DNA of 63,433 nt, the filler included, from Octopus bimaculoides (Eukaryota): assembly GCF_001194135.2 (NCBI RefSeq). It is 3 parts of 3 records of this genome, joined end to end, with 100 filler letters (N's around TTAATTAATTAA, not from the genome) between each part and the next. Parts side by side here need not be neighbours in the genome. Positions count along the whole stretch, not along the records: positions 1 to 30,684 come from NC_068986.1; 2 more parts are not named here. One strand, 5' to 3'. A model generated the notes under the pieces. The model was given only the letters and a program-made list of their open reading frames with translations, was not told where the DNA came from and made no database searches. Both the position numbers and the translations under genes were made by a program. Positions 1 to 12,542 of the stretch are shown here, piece by piece. Position 1 is the first letter of the stretch; each line of letters opens with the position of its first letter.

Positions 1-62
<62 letters not shown>

Positions 63-240
63 CACATATGCACACACTCATATACATATATATGCACATA
101 TGTATATATGTATAAATACACACACATTTATAATGAATACCTATATGTACACTCACACACATACACATACACACATATAAACAAATATGTATATATGTAT
201 ATATATATATATATTTGTATATATACTTGTGTGTGTGTGT
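1..240. repeat. (TA)n/(CA)n/(TG)n microsatellite tract
   Basis: Pure (TA)n at 1-56 followed by mixed TA/CA/TG dinucleotide repeats. Confidence 0.95.
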
Positions 241-515
241 GTTATGTAAGCCTGTGTGTATGCTTGTGTTAACGTGTTTTGACATGATATGATTGTTGCA
301 AAAAATATCATTGATTTTTGATAGTCTTTGAAAACATGTCTGGGCATGGGGTCCTTTTTCAACTTGCTTGGAAAGAAGTAAAGGTTAACAACAGGGAGTG
401 CATCCAGTTGTAAAAGATTTGCCTCATTAAACTTTGTCCAAACCATGCAAACATGGAAAAGTGAATGCTAAAATGATAATGTTGATATATGTGTGTGAGT
501 TTATTTATGTTTATA

Positions 516-572
<57 letters not shown>

Positions 573-740
573 GCATATACACACGTGTGTGTGTGTGTAT
601 AGTTTGATTTGGGTCCATGCAATTGAAAGTAGGCTTCTTATAGAAACTTTAAGTTGCATGGCGCTGAATCAAACTGTGTTAGATAATAATATATGTAACT
701 CCTTCTAAATATGTTGAGTGCCTCTTTCGTTTGTCCACAC

Positions 741-785
<45 letters not shown>

Positions 786-835
786 TGTGTATATATATGA
801 ATTAATGTGTGTATGTGTGTATATATATATATATT

Positions 836-998
836 AAGGCGGCGAGCTGACAGAATCGTTTGCATGCCGGGCGAAATGCTTAGCGGTATTTCGTCTGCCT
901 TTACGTTCTGAGTTCAAATTCCACCGAGGTCGACTTTGCCTTTTATCCTTTTGGAGTCGATTAAATAAGTACCAGTTATGCACTGGAGTCGATGTAAT
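836..998 (+). mobile_element. tRNA-derived SINE family A (Nin/Deu-like central domain), cut by gap
   Basis: Head GGCGGCGAGCTGACAGAATCG, B-box GAGTTCAAATTCC, core GTCGACTTTGCCTTTTATCCTTTTGGAGTCGAT; many homologous copies in the window. Confidence 0.9.
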
Positions 999-1683
999 NN
1001 NNNNNNNNNNNNNNNNNNNNNNNNNNNNNNNNNNNNNNNNNNNNNNNNNNNNNNNNNNNNNNNNNNNNNNNNNNNNNNNNNNNNNNNNNNNNNNNNNNNN
1101 NNNNNNNNNNNNNNNNNNNNNNNNNNNNNNNNNNNNNNNNNNNNNNNNNNNNNNNNNNNNNNNNNNNNNNNNNNNNNNNNNNNNNNNNNNNNNNNNNNNN
1201 NNNNNNNNNNNNNNNNNNNNNNNNNNNNNNNNNNNNNNNNNNNNNNNNNNNNNNNNNNNNNNNNNNNNNNNNNNNNNNNNNNNNNNNNNNNNNNNNNNNN
1301 NNNNNNNNNNNNNNNNNNNNNNNNNNNNNNNNNNNNNNNNNNNNNNNNNNNNNNNNNNNNNNNNNNNNNNNNNNNNNNNNNNNNNNNNNNNNNNNNNNNN
1401 NNNNNNNNNNNNNNNNNNNNNNNNNNNNNNNNNNNNNNNNNNNNNNNNNNNNNNNNNNNNNNNNNNNNNNNNNNNNNNNNNNNNNNNNNNNNNNNNNNNN
1501 NNNNNNNNNNNNNNNNNNNNNNNNNNNNNNNNNNNNNNNNNNNNNNNNNNNNNNNNNNNNNNNNNNNNNNNNNNNNNNNNNNNNNNNNNNNNNNNNNNNN
1601 NNNNNNNNNNNNNNNNNNNNNNNNNNNNNNNNNNNNNNNNNNNNNNNNNNNNNNNNNNNNNTATATATATGTATATATATATG

Positions 1684-2480
1684 CAGGCATAGTTCACCTT
1701 ATGTCATTAATTGGTTCCAGAAAACATGACTTAAGTCAAATTAACTTGTCTGTAGGTTAGGCTAGGCTGAATTTACTTGTCTCGAGGCTAAATCGATAAT
1801 AATCATTCTCAGTTCTCTACTTTATTTATGAATGCATTTTCAATAATGCACAGTTTATAAAAACCTATTTTAAGTTTACAAACAAATAATTTTTATTTAT
1901 TAATTTTCCAATACAATCCAGTTTCGTCTACGTTAAAAATCTGTTCGGGAAGAAACCCATTTTCTTTGATGATTTTCTTTAATGCATTAGGAAATTCTCT
2001 CTGCTGCTTGTTCGTCAGCTGATGCACTTTCACATTGCTTCTGAATAGAGTGATAACTTCTTTGCTCCTTAAATCTTATGACTTGCCCTAAATTCTACAT
2101 CTTTCTCATCTGGATATTTTTTCTTCAGGTCTTCAAACAAAGACAATGCTTTCTCTTGAATGATTTCTTGACTAATAGTAGCATACTGACAATTCAAACT
2201 AACAGTCCAAAGAGAAAGAAGATTTTGCCTTTTTTTTTATTGATGACAGTGTTCTTCATCCCTGGGGCTTCAAATTTGATATGTGCAAAAATCTTGTCCT
2301 TATTATGTACAATCGTCAATACAGTTGTCCAATTCATCCCAATAGATTGTGCAATTACTACCATTTTTTCACCTTTTCCATGGCATTTTATCATAGACAA
2401 TTTATCTTCCAGCATGATGCTTAGCACTTTCACTATGAATTTTCTTAGGTGCCATGGGGGCAAAAAATAAGTCACAAATG
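1684..2480 (-). mobile_element. Tigger/pogo (TIGD1-like) transposase remnant
   Basis: Minus strand gives a CENP-B HTH-like LEDKLSMIK..GEKMVVIAQSIGMNWTTVLTIVHNKDKI (2194-2470) and FPNALKKIIKENGFLPEQIFNVDETGLYWK (~1905-1995, first DDE Asp); frameshifts and stops between; Tigger-like end CAGGCATAG near 1684. Confidence 0.85.
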
Positions 2481-2666
2481 AATGAGAATGAGAAAGTAGC
2501 TGATAAACAGATGTAAACGAATCTAAATTCAAAACATAAGTAAAATTTCTCAACAGTTTGTTTTGGTTTCATTTGTTCATAAGAATCATTTTAATGATGT
2601 GCAGTGATTTAAGATTGGCAACAATGTATTTGCCTTGTGTAAGGTAAATATAATTACATAATCTTT

Positions 2667-2808
2667 ACTCTAGGCATAAGGCCTGAAATTTTTGGGAAGG
2701 TGGGGCAGTTGATTAGATCGACCCCAGAATGCAACTGGTACTTAATTTATCAACCCTGAAAGGATGAAAGGCAAAGTTGACCTCGGTGGAATTTGAACTC
2801 AGAACATA
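2667..2808 (-). mobile_element. SINE family A, 3' two-thirds
   Basis: Reverse complement of GTTCTGAGTTCAAATTCC...CTTTCATCCTTTCAGGG...GGCCTTATGCCTAGAG. Confidence 0.85.
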
Positions 2809-3221
2809 AATATAATTACATAATACCAAAACCAAAGTTTCATTTAGTCTTTTTATCAACTGCCTGTATCAGCTGATTATAAAAACAAATGTGTGTGTGT
2901 ATGTGTATTTGCATACGTAGGCATAAATACATAATTACTAGTAGATTTGTATGTGTTTTTATATGTATTTATACTTTGTACATGTATCACAGATTGTATG
3001 CATGTATGCTTAATGCCTAGGCATTATTGGTGTGTGTGTGTGTGTAATTTTTCTCAGATAGATTGTAGCTTTAACTACTGTAAATAAAAAGTGAAATAAC
3101 TTCATGAAAGTAAGAAGTAACTCATGGATTTACAAATTTAGATATTTGGTAGGTTTATTACATGTATGTCAAGTCCATTGCTAAGATATTTCATTCTCAG
3201 TGACTCAGTTTATATATATAT

Positions 3222-3416
3222 ACTCTTTACTCTTTTACTTGTTTCAGTTATTTGACTGCGGCCATGCTGGAGCACTGCCTTTAGTCTAGCAAATCGACCC
3301 CAGGACTTATTCTTTGGAAGCCTAGTACTTATTCTGTCAGGCTCTTTTGCTGAACTGCTAAGTTACAGGGATGTAAACACACTACTATCAGTTGTCAAGT
3401 GATGTTGGGGGGACAA

Positions 3417-3473
<57 letters not shown>

Positions 3474-3634
3474 CGACAGGCTTCTTTCAGTTTCCATCTA
3501 CCAAATCCACTCAAGGCCTTGGTCGGCCCGAGGCTATAGTAGAAGACACTTGCTCAAGGTGCTATGCAGTGGGAATGAACCCGGAACCATGTGGTTGGTA
3601 AGCAAGCTACTTACCACACAGCCACTCCTATGCC

Positions 3635-3635
<1 letters not shown>
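3222..3635 (-). mobile_element. tRNA-derived SINE family B with internal microsatellite, full length
   Basis: Head AGGCATAGGAGTGGCTGTGTGGTAAG...GGTTCCGGGTTCATTCCC, ACCTTGAGCAAGTG, internal (TA)(GT)n, tail CTCCAGCATGGCCGCAGTC...GAAACAAGTAAAAGAG. Confidence 0.9.
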
Positions 3636-3713
<78 letters not shown>

Positions 3714-4755
3714 GAAACATATTTATAGAATATGTATATAAACACACACATACATGCAAACACAAAAATAGAACGGATAACTGCTATAAAAAATGACTAA
3801 TTTTCATACTCATTCTGAAAAAAAATAAAGTTAGTAGAATTAGTTAAAGTTATAGAACAAACGTTGATTCTTTACAACAAATACTGGTAGATCAAGTAGC
3901 ACTTGCTGCTCATATTTTACAGTTAAATTCCACTTCAAACAGCTAGTAAAAAATACATAGATGCTCCACATTGATATGAACTGTTCACCAATCATATGTT
4001 CTCTTCATTTCTATTTTTTCTATTTGTTGTGACCTTTGGTCAATGTAGTCTATGGTTACCAAAAAAGTGCCAAAAAAGTCAACAGTTAGTACTGTGCAAT
4101 GTATTAACTGATCTGTTGTTGAGGTTGTATGTAAGGGCAATAACTTTTTTTCTTTTTCACTTCTTGGTCCAAACACGTAATAATATAAACAAATTAAAGA
4201 AAACATCATAACATTTTTCTTTTAATAAATAAAAAAGATAGTTATCATATATAATCAAAGCTAGTTGCATTGCACTTCCAGTATAAGCTGAATGTCATAA
4301 ATAGTCTCTAAGAGAGGTAATCCTTTCAAATGTTTTTTCATACAACATTAGTTTATATATGTACATGTATTATTTAGTCAAAAGAAGGATAGCATCAAAA
4401 ACCTTTTATAAGATCTGTGTGTAGAAGTTATCCTCAGAACTAAGAACAGACTTGAAAATTTGTAACAAAGTGAATCAACTAAAGACGCTTAAGACCATGT
4501 AGCTAAACAACATTTTACTGGCCAAGAACTGGAACAGTTTCTCTAATGAGCTTTTACAATGATTCCATGTACCATATTTCTCACAAAATACTTTCATTTT
4601 ATTGGGTGAGGAAGTTCCTTTCACAGACTTGATTGACGTAGAATAATTTTAATTTTTCACAACACTAGTACTTTCCCTATTATGTGATAGACGTTATTGT
4701 AAGCAAGGATTTTACCTTACAATAATTTTGAAAATGTGTGTGTATATGTGTGAAT

Positions 4756-5117
4756 CTTTTACTTGTTTTGGTCATTGGGCTGCAGTTATGCTGAGGTACC
4801 ACCTTGAAGGGTTTAGTCAAACAAATCAACCCCATTACTTATTTATTTAAACCTAGTACTTATTCTATTGGTCTCTAAGTTACAGGGATGTAAACAAACC
4901 AACACTGGTTGTCAAGTTTTGGTGGGGAAAACACAAAAACACACTCATATAGATATAAACATATACAACAGGCTTCTTTCAGTTTCAATCTGCCAAATCT
5001 ATTCATAAGGTTCGTTGGCCCAACATTATAGTAAAAAAAAAAGACATTTACTTAAGGTGCCATACAGTAGCCAACCCCAGAGCCATGTGGTTAGAAAGTA
5101 AATTTCTTACCACACTG
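4756..5117 (-). mobile_element. SINE family B, older diverged copy
   Basis: Colinear with 3222-3635 with many substitutions. Confidence 0.8.
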
Positions 5118-5249
5118 ACAACTTAAAAGGTTTGGCTATCATCCAACTACAATAGTAGACAGTTACAATTATCCTTCACATCCATTGCTGCTTCATAATT
5201 GTGGTCCCATAGTTGGTGATCAGCTCTGAGCATTAATAGAAATTGCATC

Positions 5250-5490
5250 CCTTAGCAGGATTTCAACTCAGGACATAAAAACGTTCAAAAAGATACTGTA
5301 AGAGATCATTTTCAATGCTGTAGCAATTTCACTATTCCATTTTCCTGAATTAATACTTTATTTATCAAGCCCAAAATGACAACTGGTAAAGTTAATCCTG
5401 ACAAGATTTGAACTCAAAGTGCAGAGAACCGAAACAAAAACCACAATGTATTCTATTTGATGCTCTGACAATTCTGCCAATTTGCTACTA
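5250..5490 (-). mobile_element. Two adjacent degenerate SINE family A fragments
   Basis: GATTTCAACTCAGGAC and GATTTGAACTCAAAG B-box complements, each with the following core. Confidence 0.55.
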
Positions 5491-6470
5491 TGAAGATTTA
5501 ACTTTTAATCTTAAATTTTTTTAAAATTGTGACTGTATTTTTATATTTTGACCCAGAAAAGTAGTGCACTTTAAATTCTTTAAACACTAAATCCACTTCA
5601 GTGAACATTGTCTATTTTGTCCAAAAATTTTGATCGACTGATCTTATTAAAGTTATCTCTCTTGCTTGTTATTCTTAGATTTTAAACATCCTTTAGAAAG
5701 GATGCATTTATCAAGTAATTGCTTAGATAATCTTAGTTGATTGACATTTTTCAACTGATTGTTACATATATGGAACCCTGTCATATTTGTTATGTTACCA
5801 TCTGGATGGAAACAATGCTTAAATCTTCATACAGAAATATTTATATAGACAGACTTTTATATATATCATAGTATATAATGTTTATATTGTATGTTTTTGG
5901 ATGTTTATATTTTCTTTTACCTACTTATTGGTTCAAGGCTCCTGGACATAGACATGCTGGGGACACCATCTATGTTTAGTTTCCTTCTTATAGGTTGAGT
6001 TAACCATAAAGAAATGCCATAATCTTCAAACTTAAAATCCAGTTATATTGTATTAAGTGCCTGTAAATTGTTGTTTTTTTACTTCATAAATCAACGTTTT
6101 ATTAGTCTACTTGATAAACAATCTGAGGTGGTCAGAGCAGGACAGTTACTGTTCCTCTAAGCATATTGTTGGTGGTTTGCTTTCAGTACAGGTTTGGTGC
6201 CAATAACAATACTGATGTTTCAGGTATTTTTGTCTGCACATATTTTTTATACTTGTCTAGGTTGTGTAAAATAATAACATAGGACATTATATGTTCTATG
6301 TGTAAAATAATAACATAGGACATATAACATACAACACCTCAGAACACTCGTGCTCTGAGGTGTTGTATATGTATCTAGGTGTTATTTTGTTTAGTGACAG
6401 ATTCTGTGGGGATTTGAAGTTGGCGGTGGCAACAAAATACCCATGTCCAGGTAATCTTTCATTTTTATTT

Positions 6471-6521
<51 letters not shown>

Positions 6522-6621
6522 ATGCTCTATGATGTTTGTGAACTTTGTAGTTTATTTGTGGTTAGTTATGGAGAGATTGAGGCATCAAGTAGGATTGGAA
6601 CAGCTCATAATGGATCTAATA

Positions 6622-8109
6622 CAGGTGTGAGCAATTTACAGCCTGCAGCCTGCCACAGTTTTCTGCGGCCTGCAGAAGCATTCATAAAAAAAAATTCTCT
6701 GAGTCTAAAATTTTTGAAAACTGATCACAGTAAACTGCTAGTGCCAAGGCTAACTTGAACAAGACTTGCTTCCTTTGTGTCACAGAAAATTAGCCCTGTG
6801 TTTTAATAGGTGGATACCTACTGCACATGTGCTCTTTCATACACATACACAGTCCCTTCATATGCAACAGTAAGATCTAATGTTCTGACCCAAGAAAACA
6901 TGAGCTCTCCTATGAAGCACAAAATCAAAAAAATATGCTGTGCACTCAATGAAGACTGGATACACAAATATTTGTTCAGTAATTCAGGGAATAAGGCAAG
7001 GCAGTGTGTTTACTGTGTCATGAGATGGTTGCCTTATTCAAGGTATACAATTTGAAACAACACCACCAAACAAAACATGGCAAGTTTTGGTTGTCTGAGG
7101 AAGAATGCAGGAAAAAACTGAAGAATCAACAGACCATATTTACAAAGCAATCAACATTTCAGGATAGTGCTACAGAGGCAAGCTTCATGGTAGCATACAA
7201 CCTCACTAAAAACAAGCCATTTTCTGATGGCGAGTTTGTTAAGCAATGCTTGATAGATTGTGCAAGCATCCTGTGCCCTGATGCAAGAAGAAAATTCAAA
7301 ACCATTTCATTATCAAGAAGGACTATGGCATGGCACATAGACTTAATTAGTAACAAACTAACAGAACAACTGAACACTGTAAAAAGTTTGTTTGGTTTTC
7401 TTTGGCATTGGCTGAGAGCAATGGTAAGCAAGACACTGCACAGTCATTTACCTTTGTCTATGGAATTGATGAAAATTTCATCATCACAGAGGCACTACTT
7501 GGTTTGGAATCAATGAAAAATACAACTGGTCAGGACTTGTTTGAATGTGTTGTGGATTGTATGGAGAAAAGTGCCTTGTCATGGAATAGAATGGCAAGCA
7601 TTACAACAGATGGGGCCAGAGCATTTACTAGAAAAATGTGGGCGTGATTAAACGTTTAGAGAACAAGTTAAAAGCAGAATACCCAGACAGTGATACCTTG
7701 TCTTTTCATTGTATTCAGCATCAGGAAAGCCTATGTAAAGCTGCATGGAAATCAACAAGAATTAAAATAAATCCTCTGTGATTGACATAAACTTGCAGGC
7801 AGTGATGAGGATCTCAACAAGCAACCTCACTTCTAGTTTCAAAAGAATTGCAAATAAGTGTGACAGGTTACATTTGTCTCATTAAATTACTTGTGCTGGC
7901 TGATGTGTAATTTGCACATAAATAAAATTAACGAAACCTTTCTGTGTACCACTATTGTTTTAGTTTTATTTATTTACTATTATGATGTAATTTACACTTT
8001 GCATTAAATAAAATGTAATGTTAACTAGTGAATATGATCAGGTATAGAAGGTGTTGCCCTCTCAAAGTACCCCCCCCCCCCACAGAGCCAAAACAATTGC
8101 CCACCCCTG
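6622..8109 (+). mobile_element. hAT DNA transposon (SPIN/GTF2IRD2-like), internally deleted, both ends intact
   Basis: TIRs CAGGTGTGAGCAATT / AATTGCCCACCCCTG (13/15 match); exact 8-bp TSD ATCTAATA at 6614-6621 and 8110-8117. Confidence 0.95.
6900..7884 (+). pseudogene. hAT transposase pseudogene (BED-like finger, N-terminal catalytic part, C-terminal end)
   Basis: CLLCHEMVALFKVYNLKQHHQTKH; KPFSDGEFVKQC; ISLSRRT; SITTDGA; FHCIQHQESLCKA; then a jump to C-terminal LQAVMRISTSNLT...LHLSH*; several frameshifts. Confidence 0.9.
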
Positions 8110-9652
8110 ATCTAATACATTGATTACTATTGTAGTTGTTTCTTTTTATTGACCAAATGTAGTGCTTGTGATTCCTTGAACTGTGTTTGTGAATGTTGTA
8201 TATAACTCGTATTTTTGTCTTAGGTGTGTGTGTTTTGCATATGTTGCTTAGTATGATGCTTGGTTATAGTTGACATTCTTTACAGCTTCTGATGAGAAGT
8301 GACAGGTCTATAGGTGTTGCTTTAAGTTTTCTGGAGCCAAGTTTCTCAAACATTTGATGTTGGCTTGAAATTGTTGTGCAGCTGTACTTGAAGAATTGTG
8401 AGAGGATATGAATGCAATGTTATCTGTAAGGGATGTTGTGCATATGCTTTCTGAATATGTAAGAAGGTCAGACAGGTGTAAAATGAAATGGGTAGTTCTG
8501 AAGACAGATCCCAGTAGTACTCCATTTGGAAAATTGCAGGTTCTGAAAGTATTGTTCTAGGTTACATTGTACCATTAGCAAATGGAATCTGACCATAACT
8601 TTAGTTCTTATACTTAAGTGAGGACAAGTATCTGACTGCCTAAATAAAAACAACATGCTTTGTAGTTGTTACTAATGTAAACATTTGTTCATCTGGTTGT
8701 AAATAAAGTCTCTAAATGGTCAAGTAAATTTACTTAAAAAGCAGGCAAATTTACCTCAAACAACACCCTACTATCTTAAAAAAAAAAAAAGATTATGTAG
8801 TCTGGGGTACACTGTTTATGGAAATAAGAGATAAGATGTTCTTGGCTTTTTGATGAAGACCAACTTAGGACTAAACAGCAACAGCCAAATCTTCCTCAAA
8901 TTACTTGTACTACCATTATGGAAAGACATATCATTAATGCAGTTCAATATACACATTGGTCTAAAAACATAAGACATTAGTCAGCTGGAATGCCTTTGTT
9001 AGTGGGGCTGTCCTCAGCTAAATGGCACCAACATCAAATATTCCAATATTCATATGTTAGTCACATAAATCTGAAATCACTATCAGCAATCCTATCAGAA
9101 AACTACGAAATTCTAAAATAGTCTTACATGCTAAAATACTGTGACAGCATCAACATTTAACTGGAAATATCCATAAAGTTTAGAAACAGTGCATATTTTA
9201 AGAAAATGTAATTTCTACTATGTCAATATCCTTTAATCTTTTCACAGACATTTTTAAAGAAATACACTGCTGATATTTTTTAATTATTTTGAAAATAATC
9301 AAGAATTTGGAGGGTTTTAGTAAAATATTTAAACATGGTTTTAGTAAAATATGTAAACATTGTCACTGTTGCTGTTTGAAAATACAACTCAAAATATTTT
9401 TACATAAAATTATGAGAGGGTGGTTCTAATTTAAATTTGAATATTTTAAATGGGTGTTTCTGGATTGGAATCAAAGGTTCTNNNNNNNNNNNNNNNNNNN
9501 NNNNNNNNNNNNNNNNNNNNNNNNNNNNNNNNNNNNNNNNNNNNNNNNNNNNNNNNNNNNNNNNNNNNNNNNNNNNNNNNNNNNNNNNNNNNNNNNNNNN
9601 NNNNNNNNNNNNNNNNNNNNNNNNNNNNNNNNNNNNNNNNNNNNNNTCTCTA

Positions 9653-9684
<32 letters not shown>

Positions 9685-9911
9685 CCTCTCTCCTGTACTT
9701 ACTATTTTGTTTCTAAAATGATCATTATTAGATATGACTTCTTTCTCTTCCTCTCTTACCCAAGCAGTCTTCGTGTCATCTTCTTGGCTGTAATTTAGGA
9801 GACGGTTTATGTTAAAATTATCACTAACATTGAAAAAAATCTAGATCATATCTGTATGTTTAAAAATAGAAGGAAAAGCACAATAGTCCAAAGGTAGGTA
9901 ACTTTCATATA

Positions 9912-10205
9912 CAGTAATCCCTCGACCATCACAGATGTTATGTTCCAAAACTTCCCACAGTAATAATGAAAATATAAAAAAATATAAATATTTATTGGCT
10001 GCAGAAACCTGTGATATACTGAGGAATCCGTAATATAAATTTACATGTATTAGACAGAAAAATCCGGGATGTACTGAGTGCACGATAGGTGAGACACGAT
10101 GTACTGAGCACGCGATAAGTGAACTGCAATGTACTGAGTGCGTGATTGATGAACTGCGATGTACTGAGTGCATAATAGGTAAACTACGATATGGCAAGGG
10201 ATTAC

Positions 10206-10207
<2 letters not shown>
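9912..10207. mobile_element. Tigger-type MITE with 4 internal 30-bp tandem units
   Basis: TIR CAGTAATCCCTCG / AAGGGATTACTG, TA on the left side; homologous to 61271-61467. Confidence 0.8.
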
Positions 10208-10251
<44 letters not shown>

Positions 10252-11010
10252 AATACATCCCTTCACTCTTTGTACCACAAATAAATAAATACAAGCAAAA
10301 ATAAATCAACTGAAATACTTTTGTAGAATTGACAAGAGTTAAATGTATTTTTTGTAGATTTGATGATTTCATTTTTGTAANNNNNNNNNNNNNNNNNNNN
10401 NNNNNNNNNNNNNNNNNNNNNNNNNNNNNNNNNNNNNNNNNNNNNNNNNNNNNNNNNNNNNNNNNNNNNNNNNNNNNNNNNNNNNNNNNNNNNNNNNNNN
10501 NNNNNNNNNNNNNNNNNNNNNNNNNNNNNNNNNNNNNNNNNNNNNNNNNNNNNNNNNNNNNNNNNNNNNNNNNNNNNNNNNNNNNNNNNNNNNNNNNNNN
10601 NNNNNNNNNNNNNNNNNNNNNNNNNNNNNNNNNNNNNNNNNNNNNNNNNNNNNNNNNNNNNNNNNNNNNNNNNNNNNNNNNNNNNNNNNNNNNNNNNNNN
10701 NNNNNNNNNNNNNNNNNNNNNNNNNNNNNNNNNNNNNNNNNNNNNNNNNNNNNNNNNNNNNNNNNNNNNNNNNNNNNNNNNNNNNNNNNNNNNNNNNNNN
10801 NNNNNNNNNNNNNNNNNNNNNNNNNNNNNNNNNNNNNNNNNNNNNNNNNNNNNNNNNNNNNNNNNNNNNNNNNNNNNNNNNNNNNNNNNNNNNNNNNNNN
10901 NNNNNNNNNNNNNNNNNNNNNNNNNNNNNNNNNNNNNNNNNNNNNNNNNNNNNNNNNNNNNNNNNNNNNNNNNNNNNNNNNNNNNNNNNNNNNNNNNNNN
11001 NNNNNNNNGT

Positions 11011-11052
<42 letters not shown>

Positions 11053-11371
11053 GTATGTGTGTATATATATATATATGTATATATATATATGTATGTTGTT
11101 TTTTTTTTTGTTCCCTTTTATTTGAAGTTGAGGAAAATAGTACTTATATACAATGAAAACTATTTTTGCGACTTCTTTGAATCTATGAAATAAATACTGT
11201 TGAGGGGAAAGAATATTTACTGTGTTTGATCTTATGTCTTATATACTGTGTGCTGGTAAGACATGAAGATAAGTAGTAGGGAAGGTATGGATCATGTTCT
11301 TATTTTGTAGATTTGTTTAGTAACATGTCATCTCTGTTTCCTTATCACTAACAACAGTTATATGTATTTAT

Positions 11372-11558
11372 CTGTGCTGAATTTAGACTTGTTGGGGCCC
11401 TAAGCTATATAAAAGCTTGGAGGTTCCTTATCAAAAATTTACACCTGAAGGTCTCACGAAAATTGAAAACATATATGCCTTTTAATTATTTTGAGGCCCC
11501 AATGGATTGTAAAACCCTAAACTGTAGTTTGTTCAGCTTATGCCTAAATCTGGCACTG
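11372..11558. mobile_element. Possible hAT-derived MITE
   Basis: Imperfect TIRs CTGTGCTGAATTTAGAC / GCCTAAATCTGGCACTG (12/17); no TSD found. Confidence 0.4.
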
Positions 11559-11843
11559 GTGTATGTATGTGTGTGTGTGTGTAGCATTTTGTTTCGAAAG
11601 GAATTGGCTCCCAGAGCCTTTTTGTGACAAGAAACAAAGAGATATTATGAAAAAGGTTTTAGAATTGTGAGATTAAAACAAAATAATAAATGAAATCCTT
11701 TATTTCAATAAAGAGTCTAAACTCAATTTTAGTTTCTTTATCTTTACACAAAGCAAAACTGTTTTTACGTTTTAATTCATTCTTTTCTTCTCAGGAAAAA
11801 AAAAAATTATTTTCTTTTATTATTTAAAGTGCTTGATTGTAAA

Positions 11844-12196
11844 CATCATCATCATCATCATCATCACCATTTAATATCCATTTTCTATGTTGGTATGGGT
11901 TGGTTGGTTTGACAGGAACTGGCAAGGCCAGGAGCCACACAAGGTTCCTTACACTGTTTTGACTAAGGTGGTACAGCTGGATGCCCTTTCTATTGGCAGC
12001 CACTTTATAGAGTATACTGGGTGCTTTTTACATGACACTACCACCAGAGCTTTTTTTTTTATATGGCACCAGCACCAACACCAATACTTTTTATGTGGCA
12101 CCTTGGTTTTAGGATATGAATTCTGTTGTGGTGGGCAGGCCTTCTTGAGTACAGTGATGTGCTACATATCTTAGTTCTCTGTCATCTCCTTCAAAA
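11844..12196 (-). mobile_element. Non-LTR/SINE 3' end with (GAT)n tail (family D)
   Basis: (CAT)n followed by TTTAATATCCATTTTCTATGTTGGTATGGGTTGG...GGATGCCCTTTC; homologous to 62369-62430 and 62817-63066. Confidence 0.7.
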
Positions 12197-12291
12197 TGAT
12201 TTGTTGTATTTAGTTATGTTACTACATGTTCTGCTCTCAAATTTTGCTGAGGTTAACTTCATCTTTCATTTTATGAAACTTAATAAATTAA

Positions 12292-12459
12292 GGTGTAAAT
12301 GTGACCGTGTTGTAAGAAATTTGCTTCCTAACCACATGGCTCCAGATTCAGTCTCATTGCATAGTACCTTGGGCAAGTTTTCTTCTATAGCTCCAGGCTG
12401 AGCAAAGTCTTATGAGTGTATTTGGTTGATGGAAACTGAAAGAAACTTTTCAAATATAT

Positions 12460-12498
<39 letters not shown>

Positions 12499-12508
12499 NN
12501 NNNNNNNN

Positions 12509-12542
<34 letters not shown>

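Larger units (their letters stand above)
6095..8690 (-). mobile_element. Decayed Jockey/I-like LINE ORF2, split by the hAT at 6622-8109
   Basis: Minus strand at 8300-8540 reads GVLLGSVFRTTHFILHLSDLL...SLTDNIAFISSH (degenerate GVPQGS and YADD motifs); 6095-6621 and 8118-8300 align with the copy at 19190-19960. Confidence 0.65.

Noticed and set aside
10065-10190. CRISPR-like 30-bp repeats
   Set aside because: Contiguous tandem units with no unique spacers, inside a MITE, in a eukaryotic context
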